Numbered from the stretch's first letter, positions 1 to 6,692 are shown. The stretch: 11,489 nt of DNA from Candidatus Brocadiia bacterium (GCA_046538485.1 JBKHIT010000099.1:1-11489), one strand, 5' to 3'. A program made the numbers and translations. Notes: generated by a model not told the origin, from the letters alone.

Positions 1-100
1 GTCCCGAAGGGGCGCCTGAGAGAGAGCGGGTTGCTGGTCGAGGGTGAAATGATGATGGACTGGATCACTCCATCTTTCTGGCATAACAGAACGGTAAGGG

Positions 101-214
101 CCATTTCCCAACCTCAACCGCCCCGTCGGGGCGGGTCATTTGGTGGCGCGCCACCAATCCCCCGGCTCCCGATGGTCACCGGGGGCTACGCTCTCAGTCG
201 CCCCGTTCGGGGCT
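101..214. repeat. REP-like multi-hairpin element (GTAG type on the - strand), inverted homolog of 11298-11411
   Basis: Hairpins CGCCCCGTCGGGGCG, CCCCCGG..CCGGGGG followed by CTAC (GTAG on -), and GCCCCGTTCGGGGC. The reverse complement of 11298-11411 aligns along its length. Bases 1-27 are a partial inverted copy of 186-214. Confidence 0.8.
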
Positions 215-343
215 GCTGCGGATATGCGGCACGAAAACCAAAAGCATTTCGCCCACGTGGAAATTCGATCACTGGGTAATCGCATAAGAACAGGGGCCCT
301 TGCCTGAGCGATCCTGGAGCGGGGACAGCGACGACGAACGAGC

Positions 344-590
344 GGTGATCGGTGATCTGTGATCGGTTGGTCAGACGTCAGAGGGCAGAGGTCAGGAACG
401 GACAGAAGTCAGAGGTCAGAGGTCAGGAACGACAACGGCACAGGCGAACGGCGATACGGCAACGGCGGAACGGACAGAGGGCAGAGGACAGATAGGAAGC
501 TGGGAAACTATGAAGTTGCGAAGATAGGGGCAACGGCTTCACGGAACACGCGGCCGACAAAGTCTACGACAAAGTTTGATGGCGATGGCA
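344..590 (+). repeat. Array of short tandem-repeat blocks joined by (A)ACGG(C)
   Basis: GTGATC(G/T) x3, (A)GAGGTC/GTCAGAG 7-mers in several blocks, a GGAAGCTG-like 8-mer x4, and a CGACAAAGT 12-mer x2, with 8 ACGG motifs between about 397 and 545. Confidence 0.8.
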
Positions 591-621
591 GGCGGGTTTC
601 GATGGGGCATATCTTCGCATT

Positions 622-649
622 TTGCGTGTTTCACGGGCCGATTTATAAT
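622..649 (+). promoter_or_regulatory. Putative sigma70 promoter for the first fic gene
   Basis: TTGCGT (622-627), 16-nt spacer, TATAAT (644-649), about 105 bp upstream of ATG 755. SD-like AGAGGA at 742-747. Confidence 0.45.
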
Positions 650-754
650 ATGCTATCAACACAATGAGGCTGGACGGACATGGAATTCGGCCGACTGATA
701 TCTGTTGGCTGGATTTTGTCCTGAGCCAAAAAATGAAAACGAGAGGACTGTATT

Positions 755-1840
755 ATGGCATTTGATCCCAAACAACCCTACAACAACCTGCCTCCTCTCC
801 CCCCCGATGCGGATTTGGAACCGAAGCCAGTGTTAAAACAGTGTATTTCGGCCCATCGAGCTCTGGCCGAACTCAAAGGCGCAGGGGAACTGATCCCGAA
901 TCAATCCATTCTGATAAACACTATTCCTCTTCGAGAGGCTCAAAGTAGCTCGGAGATCGAAAACATAGTCACCACGAGCGACCGTCTTTTCCGGGCTGCG
1001 GTGGGCAAAGACGCTGACGTCGATCACGCTACGAAAGAAGTTCTGCGATACAGGACGGCTTTGAAAAAAGGTTGTGATCTTTTGAAGGTGCGACCGCTAT
1101 CAACAAATTTGTTCACTCGCATATGTTCGGTGTTGCGAGCCAAAACCATGGATGTTCGAAAGGTGCCGGGCACTACAATTCAAAATGAAACAACGGGCGA
1201 GAAAGTGTATACCCCGCCCGAAGGGGAAGAGATTATTCGGGATAAACTGGCGAATCTGGAAGATTTTATCCACCGGGATGATGCTCTCGACCCACTGGTT
1301 CGTATGGCGGTGATCCATTACCAGTTCGAGGCAATTTATCCATTTCATGATGGTAATGGGCGAACAGGTCGGATTATCAACATCCTCTATCTTATGTCAG
1401 AGGATTTGCTCGATATCCCCGTCCTGTATCTCAGTCGACATATTGTTGAGAACAAATCTGATTATTATTCGTTGCTGCGGGGCGTCACTACAAATGGAGC
1501 CTGGGAGTCGTGGATCCGGTTCGTTCTTACCGCTGTTGAGGAAACCTCGATATGGACCTGCCAGAAGATTATGGCGATTCGGGATTTGCTGGAGGAAACG
1601 CTTGAGCAGTGCCGGAATAAACTTCCCGACCACGTTTATTCAAAGGAGTTGGTCGAGCTGGTCTTCGTGCAGCCGTATTGCAAGATCGCGTTCGTGGTGG
1701 ATGCCGGGATCGCAAAGAGGCAGACGGCGGCGGAATACCTCAAGGAACTGGAAAAAATCGGTGTTTTGGAGTCATACAAAGTGGGCAGAGAACGAATTTT
1801 TGTGAATCCGCCGCTTTTGGAATTGCTGAGCGAGGCATAA
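755..1840 (+). CDS. fic: Fic family protein (SoFic-like class II, Fic_N + Fic + C-terminal wHTH) with variant motif YPFHDGNGRTGR
   Basis: 361 aa. N-terminus PYNNLPPLPP, inhibitory motif SSEIEN (947-964), YTPPEG flap, HYQFEAI-Y-PFHDGNGRTGR, and a C-terminal KRQTAAEYLKELEKIGVL HTH-like segment. SD AGAGGA lies 7 nt before the ATG. Confidence 0.95.
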   Translation: MAFDPKQPYNNLPPLPPDADLEPKPVLKQCISAHRALAELKGAGELIPNQSILINTIPLREAQSSSEIENIVTTSDRLFRAAVGKDADVDHATKEVLRYRTALKKGCDLLKVRPLSTNLFTRICSVLRAKTMDVRKVPGTTIQNETTGEKVYTPPEGEEIIRDKLANLEDFIHRDDALDPLVRMAVIHYQFEAIYPFHDGNGRTGRIINILYLMSEDLLDIPVLYLSRHIVENKSDYYSLLRGVTTNGAWESWIRFVLTAVEETSIWTCQKIMAIRDLLEETLEQCRNKLPDHVYSKELVELVFVQPYCKIAFVVDAGIAKRQTAAEYLKELEKIGVLESYKVGRERIFVNPPLLELLSEA

Positions 1841-1841
1841 C

Positions 1842-1906
1842 AATATGTCGATGCCATCGACATGTCCGAGATATGTGTCGACAATGCCGGTATTTGTCGA
1901 CATATT
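1842..1906. promoter_or_regulatory. Cluster of TGTCGA/TCGACA palindromes immediately after the fic1 stop (candidate operator or stem-loop)
   Basis: ATGTCGATG-C-CATCGACAT (1845-1863, perfect), TGTCGACAA..TTGTCGACA (1876-1902), and an outer pair AATATGTCGA (1842-1851) / TCGACATATT (1897-1906). Confidence 0.5.
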
Positions 1907-1980
1907 TTGTGGGGGGCGAAGGCGACAATAGATACGGCGCCGCAGTAGTAAACGGCGGGACGGCAATTGAGAGTTTAAAC

Positions 1981-2016
1981 GAGCCAGATAAGGGGGACGA
2001 GCCAGATAAGGGGGAC
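1981..2016 (+). repeat. 18-bp perfect tandem duplication at the left end of long repeat A
   Basis: GAGCCAGATAAGGGGGAC at 1981-1998 and 1999-2016. Confidence 0.95.
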
Positions 2017-2163
2017 GTACCATCGCATGTCGCTGCAAAATAGCAGGATACGACAATAAACACCTTCTCAGAGGGCCTTACATGCGTTTTTCGGGGGGTG
2101 TTTTCGGCGCCTGACGGGCTGCGGCGGAGTACGGACGGTCTTTTTACCACAGAGGGCACAGAG
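2000..2163 (+). repeat. Long direct repeat, copy A (164 bp)
   Basis: Matches 3678-3841 with 2 mismatches by eye. Weaker similarity continues to 2178/3856. Confidence 0.95.
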
Positions 2164-2325
2164 AGCACGGAGAACGGCAGGAGAACGGCATTTTGCCACG
2201 ATTAAACGGCATGACAGCGTGACGGCATGTTCCACTACAGGGGAAACACAGATCACAGGGAAAAGCAAGGCAACGGCGAACGGACGACAAAGTGCGCGGC
2301 AAAGCCTGCGATAAATTTGAACGAC
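2146..2325 (+). repeat. Array of short tandem-repeat blocks joined by AACGGC
   Basis: A CACAGAG(G/A)G 9-mer x3, a TGAC(A/G)GC 8-mer x2 and a CGACAAAG-like 12-mer x3, separated by AACGG(C) at about 2173, 2184, 2205, 2272 and 2279. Confidence 0.75.
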
Positions 2326-2342
2326 CATGACTGAGGCGGCGC

Positions 2343-2445
2343 TTTTATTGAAAACGCTTGACATGAACAATGTTGCAGACCCACTTGTTTCAATAAAGCC
2401 CCTTATATTACAATAAGAAAGTCGTGGGCGTTGCTTATTTCATTT
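2343..2445 (+). promoter_or_regulatory. Putative promoter/operator region of the second fic gene
   Basis: AT-rich island with TTGTTT (2385-2390)-N18-TACAAT (2409-2414). Inverted TTTATTGAAA / TTTCAATAAA and AATAAG / CTTATT motifs overlap it. Confidence 0.4.
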
Positions 2446-2478
2446 GCCTTACATACACACGGATCGGAAACTCACAGT

Positions 2479-3687
2479 ATGAAAACTCAGCAATCCAGTC
2501 GGACCGGCCGTTACGTGGAGCAGCCAGGTGGGTACAGTGCGTTCATACCGGCTCCTCTGCCCCCTGATCCGGCAGTGGATATGACCGGAGGGCTGAGCCA
2601 GTGTCTGTCGGATGCGGACCGCGCTGTGGGGCGCCTTGACGGTGTGGCGTCACTGTTGCCCAATCCGGATCTGTTTGTGGCCATGTATGTTCGGCACGAG
2701 GCGGTGCTTAGCTCCCAGATCGAGGGAACCCAGAGCACCCTGGAGGATGTGCTGGAGTATGAAACGGGGGCCACCCCGGATACCCAGCCCCGGGATGTTG
2801 AAGAGGTGATGAATTATGTTCGTGCGATGAACCATGGCCTCGAGCGGCTGGAGAAATTTCCGCTTTCGCTCCGGCTGATCCGCGAGATCCATGAGAAACT
2901 GATGGAGGGGGTCCGGGGACAGCACCGTAACCCGGGCGAGTTTCGGGAGTCCCAGAACTGGGTGGGGTCCCTGGGAACCAATCTGAATCAGGCTGACTAT
3001 GTTCCCCCGCCGCCGCACGAGATGATGCAGGCACTGGGGAATCTGGAAGAGTTTTTTCACAGCTGTGAATCCATGCCGGTGCTGATTCACTGCGGACTGG
3101 CGCACGCGCAGTTTGAGACGATCCACCCATTTCTCGATGGCAATGGCCGAGTGGGGCGGCTGCTCATCACGTTCCTGTTGTGCCGAAGAAATGTGCTGGA
3201 CCGGCCCCTTCTGTATTTGAGTTATTACCTGAAAGCAAATCGGTCCGAGTACTACGACCGTCTTATGAAAGCGCGGCATGAAGGCGACTGGGAAGGATGG
3301 CTGGAGTTTTTCCTGAACGGCGTGACGGAGACCAGCCAGGCGGCGACCGAGACGGCGCGGGAAATACTGGCCCTGAGGGAGCGGAGTCGTGACCGGGTGG
3401 GCCAGGAATTGTCGGGCAGCCCCAACGCGCTACGGCTTCTGGACTTTGCGTTTGAACGCCCGGTTCTGTCCGTGCGCATGGCAGAGGAGTCTCTGGACTG
3501 CAGCTACGGGACCGCCAGAAACCTGGTGGGAGAGTTCGAAAAATTGGGATTGCTGCGTGAGATCACCGGCCAGAAACGAAACCGAAGGTACAGGTTCGAT
3601 CCATATATCGAGGTTTTTGAACGACAGTCTTTGCCCTCCCCCGGGAACGAAGAACTTCAGCAGATTGCCACGACGGAAGCCAGCTAA
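2479..3687 (+). CDS. fic: Fic family protein (class II, Fic_N + Fic + C-terminal HTH) with canonical catalytic motif
   Basis: GRYVEQPGGYSAFIPAPLPP N-terminus, inhibitory SSQIEG (2710-2727), HAQFETIHPFLDGNGRVGR (His at 3124-3126), and C-terminal LREITGQKRNRRYRF. ATG 2479 is preferred to the upstream TTG 2431 because family-like sequence starts just after it. Confidence 0.95.
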   Translation: MKTQQSSRTGRYVEQPGGYSAFIPAPLPPDPAVDMTGGLSQCLSDADRAVGRLDGVASLLPNPDLFVAMYVRHEAVLSSQIEGTQSTLEDVLEYETGATPDTQPRDVEEVMNYVRAMNHGLERLEKFPLSLRLIREIHEKLMEGVRGQHRNPGEFRESQNWVGSLGTNLNQADYVPPPPHEMMQALGNLEEFFHSCESMPVLIHCGLAHAQFETIHPFLDGNGRVGRLLITFLLCRRNVLDRPLLYLSYYLKANRSEYYDRLMKARHEGDWEGWLEFFLNGVTETSQAATETAREILALRERSRDRVGQELSGSPNALRLLDFAFERPVLSVRMAEESLDCSYGTARNLVGEFEKLGLLREITGQKRNRRYRFDPYIEVFERQSLPSPGNEELQQIATTEAS

Positions 3688-3841
3688 GGGGGACGTACCA
3701 TCGCATGTCGCTGCAAAATAGCAGGATACGACAATAAACACCTTCTCAGAGGGCCTTACATGCGTTTTTCGGGGGGTGTTTTCGGCGCCTAACGGGCTGC
3801 GGCGGAGTACGGACGGTCTTTTTACCACAGAGGGCACAGAG
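3678..3841 (+). repeat. Long direct repeat, copy B (164 bp), overlapping the fic2 stop codon
   Basis: Near-identical to 2000-2163. The fic2 TAA (3685-3687) lies inside the repeat. Confidence 0.95.
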
Positions 3842-3960
3842 GGTACAGAGGACGGCTGGGGATGGTATGACGGCCGGACGGCAACGGCACAGGGGGCCTA
3901 CCACGAAGGGCACGAAGAGCACGAAGGACGGCGGTTGTCTGTGATGGGGGGCGGACGGGG
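3824..3960 (+). repeat. Array of short tandem-repeat blocks joined by ACGG(C)
   Basis: CACAGAGGG 9-mers, GACGG/GATGG 8-mer periodic block (3851-3888), and a CACGAAG(G/A)G 9-mer x3 (3902-3928). Confidence 0.75.
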
Positions 3961-4101
3961 AGGCTCCGGCACGACGCAGGGCTGAACCTGGCAAAGTTGG
4001 GCATAATCTTAAAATCCCGGAGGTTGCGCCGAGGGATATATGAGGGGTCGAAAATGTACAACACAATCACATGAACGCATCACAACCTGAGGGCCCTGCA
4101 C

Positions 4102-4206
4102 CGCCCCGCTGGGGCTCGGGAATTATATCGGATGACCGATACCCCGGGGCTTGCCCAAACGACGGGGCGCACCCCGGGCTACGTCTGCCATCGCCCCGCT
4201 GGGGCT
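4102..4206. repeat. REP-like multi-hairpin element (GTAG type on the - strand)
   Basis: CGCCCCGCTGGGGCT at 4102-4116 and 4192-4206 flanks CCCCGGGG..CCCCGGGCTAC. The 19-mer CCCCGGGCTACGTCTGCCA (4172-4190) recurs exactly at 11455-11473. Confidence 0.75.
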
Positions 4207-4363
4207 GAAAAAACACCGATCTTCGTGACCTTGGGGCATGTATCCGGGTCGGACCAAGCGAAGTTGTGTTTGACGAACTGGTTGCGGCAAAAAGCCCCCT
4301 CTATATGAGCGTTAAAGCGGTTTGCACCTGAGGCGCACAACTCACGCCCGAGGCGGATGAATG

Positions 4364-4440
4364 TTCGGGGGTGTTTTCGGCTGCTAACGGGCAGCGGCGG
4401 AGTACGGTAGTTGAGAGTTTCGAGTTTAGAGTTCAGTAGC
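4364..4440 (+). repeat. Partial third copy of the long repeat (its 3' core) followed by a 7-mer tandem block
   Basis: TTCGGGGGTGTTTTCGGCTGCTAACGGGCAGCGGCGGAGTACGG (4364-4407) compared with TTCGGGGGGTGTTTTCGGCGCCTRACGGGCTGCGGCGGAGTACGG in A and B. It is followed by GTTGAGA/GTTTCGA/GTTTAGA/GTTCAGT. Confidence 0.85.
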
Positions 4441-4601
4441 CGGGTCTGCGAGTGCGGAGTTCGATAACCACGGCACACGCTTCCGCTGTTCAGTACGTTG
4501 CTTTCTCCGGCGCAGGACCGGAGGAGAGCGTTAAAGTTTGTTCTCCCGCATAGCGGCCAATCATGTTTCCACCGGGCCAGGGCGCAGCGGGGGCGGGCCA
4601 A

Positions 4602-4706
4602 CGTGGTTCACTGAATACTTGCCCCAAGAGCGGCTGTAAGCCTTCTGAGAGGCCCCTTGAAATCCGTAAACGCTTTTTGAACAATAAGATACCATGGTAC
4701 GTCCCC
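4602..4706 (-). repeat. Diverged inverted homolog of the 5' part of the long repeat (copy C)
   Basis: The reverse complement reads GGGGACGTACCAT..TACG..TCTCAGA..CTTACA..GGGG with nearly the same spacing as copies A and B (43 vs 42 nt between CCAT and TCTCAGA). Confidence 0.7.
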
Positions 4707-4749
4707 AATAAGAAGAAAAAGTACCTGTTCGACTATTGGATATAGCGAA

Positions 4750-5448
4750 ATGAATAGGCAAAGTCAGACAACAGAGAATCAACGAATGATAGGTGCTGGG
4801 CAATTCTTGTTCGGCGGAGTGCTGCTCCTCGCCTTTGGTGCATTTCTGATATTCGAGTCAGTCATCGAAGGTTATGGAAATCTCACCATTGCCGGAGGTC
4901 TAGTGGTCCCTGACACTTGATTTTACCGGTTCAGAGCAGTTCTGCCGAGGTCAGTTCGAGGCGCGGCGCCAAAGGTGACCCAGCCGGGTCCCTGCGAAGC
5001 CGCAACGAAGAAATGGCCCGGCAGAATTGCTCCCTACGGGTCGTGCGCTGGCAGCCCATATGCGGTGTTGCAGTTCGGCGTGGACCCGTTTGGGTCGAAC
5101 TTCTCACTGCGCCTTGCATATGCACTACCAGCGCCCGACTGAACCGGTAAAATCAAGTGTCAGGGACCACTAGTTAGCGTTTTCGGTGCGTATGTGCTCT
5201 TTGCTAAACGCAGAACCATCAACCGGGCACGGCTGATCAAGGCCGTAACAGTTGTGCCTCTCGTTTTCGGATCTGTTTTCACGTTAGCAGGAGGTACTGG
5301 TCTCCTGATGGGGTTCAGACCACATCCGATGGTCTCGGTTTCCATGGGGACCACTAGAATCGAAATCGTAGTAGGGGTAGTGCTCATAGTCATGGCCGCT
5401 GCATGGAGCTTGGTTACACGCGATCGCACCCGAGGTGGACAACTTTAA
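4750..5448 (+). pseudogene. Hypothetical membrane protein (about 142 aa, about 4 TM helices) interrupted by a MITE
   Basis: ATG 4750 gives MNRQSQTTENQRMIGAGQFLFGGVLLLAFGAFLIFESVIEGYGNLTIAGGL. Removing 270 bp rejoins it in frame to VSVFGAYVLFAKRR...RGGQL* (stop 5446-5448). With the insert present, reading stops at TGA 4918-4920. Confidence 0.85.
4900..5173. mobile_element. Non-autonomous miniature inverted-repeat element (MITE) inserted at CTAG
   Basis: CTAGTGGTCCCTGACACTTGATTTTACCGGTTCAG (4900-4934) is the exact reverse complement of 5139-5173. The duplication is CTAG or TA, there is no transposase inside, and the empty site restores an ORF. Confidence 0.92.
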
Positions 5449-5465
5449 GCCCAAAAATACGCCAC

Positions 5466-5804
5466 TCAATGATCGCAGACGTTGTCGCCGAGGTCGAGAT
5501 CCTCGTCGAGCAGATCTTGCACGAGTTTCTCGGGTGATTCGGCGGGGGCGCCCACGACCACTTTGATATCGTTGTGGGCGAACATGTCCTGGGCCCGGGT
5601 ACCCATACCGCCGGCGATAATGACGGATGCGCCCTGTTCGGCGAGGAATTTCGGCAGGACGCCGGGGGCGTGGGCAGGGGGTGTCACGCGTTCAGTTTCA
5701 ACAATCTCTTTGGTATCATCGTCGACTTCGACCAGCGCAAATTCTTCGCAATGACCGAAATGCATCGCAAGTTTTCCGTCGGCAAGGGGAATCGCAAATT
5801 TCAT
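5466..5804 (-). CDS. NifB/NifX family (dinitrogenase Fe-Mo cofactor biosynthesis-like) protein
   Basis: MKFAIPLADGKLAMHFGHCEEF..PPAHAPGVLP..IIAGGMG..C-terminal NVCDH. SD AGGAG is 6 nt before ATG 5804; the alternative ATG is 5807. Confidence 0.88.
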   Translation of the reverse strand: MKFAIPLADGKLAMHFGHCEEFALVEVDDDTKEIVETERVTPPAHAPGVLPKFLAEQGASVIIAGGMGTRAQDMFAHNDIKVVVGAPAESPEKLVQDLLDEDLDLGDNVCDH

Positions 5805-5822
5805 CATGCACTCCTGTGGTTG

Positions 5823-6692
5823 TCAGTTGCTGGATTCAAGATCGAGAACCGTATCGACGACCGGCTGGAAAGCTTCTGTCGTTGCGCTTTCCGGGTGAAT
5901 CATCACGTGGGGCCCCTCACCCTCGCAGGATAGCACCACCGCCGGATCGATGGGTATGCGTGCGAGAAACGGCACGTCCATCTCCCCGGCCATCGTCTCG
6001 CCGCCACCGGTACCAAATATGTCGGATTTTTCGCCGCAATGCGGGCAAATGAAACCGCTCATATTCTCCACCACCCCGAGCACAGGCAATTGAATCTGCT
6101 GGCAGAAGTTTATGCATTTCCGCACGTCGTTCAACGCAAGCCCTTGAGGGGTGGTGACCACAATCCCGCCATCAGCGTCCGGGATGAGCTGCCCGATTGA
6201 GAGGGGTTCATCGCCTGTGCCGGGAGGCAGATCGATGACCAGGAAATCAAGCTCGCCCCACCGCACGTCCGAGAGGAACTGCCGCAGAACGTTCATCTTC
6301 AGGGGCCCGCGCCAGATGACGGCGTCGTTGCGCGCCTGCAGAAGGAAACCGATCGACATGATCTTAAGGTTGTCCTGATAAGAGACGGGCACGATGTTTT
6401 CGCCGTCGGAACTCGCCCCCTGATCTTCGAGGTTGAATATCCGCGGGGCGCTGGGGCCGTGGATGTCGGCGTCGAGAAGACCGACCTCCCGGCCGGTCTC
6501 GGCCAGAGCTGCGGCGAGATTAGCGGCGACGGTACTTTTGCCGACGCCACCTTTTCCCGAGAGGACAACAACTTTGTGCTTAACCTGGGACATCCTCTCC
6601 GTGAGTCTTTTTTCCTGCTGTTTGATTTCTTCCCGGCGGTTGGTGACGCCGCTGTCGGCCCCGCCCGCCGGACATTTCTGTGTGTCGCTCAA
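5823..6692 (-). CDS. mrp: Mrp/NBP35/ApbC family Fe-S cluster carrier ATPase
   Basis: SGKGGVGKST Walker A, LLDADIHGPS, VIWRGP, IDLPPGTGDE, VTTPQ, and ENMSGFICPHC. TTG start 8 nt after AAGGAG, which overlaps the upstream gene's stop. Confidence 0.95.
   Translation of the reverse strand: MSDTQKCPAGGADSGVTNRREEIKQQEKRLTERMSQVKHKVVVLSGKGGVGKSTVAANLAAALAETGREVGLLDADIHGPSAPRIFNLEDQGASSDGENIVPVSYQDNLKIMSIGFLLQARNDAVIWRGPLKMNVLRQFLSDVRWGELDFLVIDLPPGTGDEPLSIGQLIPDADGGIVVTTPQGLALNDVRKCINFCQQIQLPVLGVVENMSGFICPHCGEKSDIFGTGGGETMAGEMDVPFLARIPIDPAVVLSCEGEGPHVMIHPESATTEAFQPVVDTVLDLESSN

Noticed and set aside
302..327. Possible fourth degenerate copy of the leader core (GCCTGAGCGATCCTGGAGCGGGGAC) just before the first micro-repeat array
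   Set aside because: The position is suggestive, but the similarity is too weak to support by eye and needs a profile search.
31..667. ORFs 31-279 and 359-667
   Set aside because: They are translations of REP-like and micro-repeat DNA. The shared peptide with ORF 11174-11413 only reflects the DNA repeat.
1834..1915. Possible integron attC after fic1 (GCATAAC followed by a palindromic region)
   Set aside because: There is no matching GTTRRRY end box and no integron integrase in the window.
2358..2363. Perfect TTGACA upstream of fic2
   Set aside because: There is no -10 hexamer at 16-18 nt spacing.
3787..4002. GCCTAAC ... GTTGGGC resembling attC core sites, and a dif-like GGGCATAAT
   Set aside because: The boxes are about 210 bp apart without a pairing stem, and there is no XerD arm for a dif site.
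4307..4536. 11-bp direct repeat GAGCGTTAAAG at 4307 and 4526
   Set aside because: It is short, has no associated terminal repeats, and could be chance.
4490..4803. Short ORFs 4563-4745 (+), 4490-4708 (-) and 4561-4803 (-)
   Set aside because: They overlap repeat copy C, with no convincing RBS or family motif.
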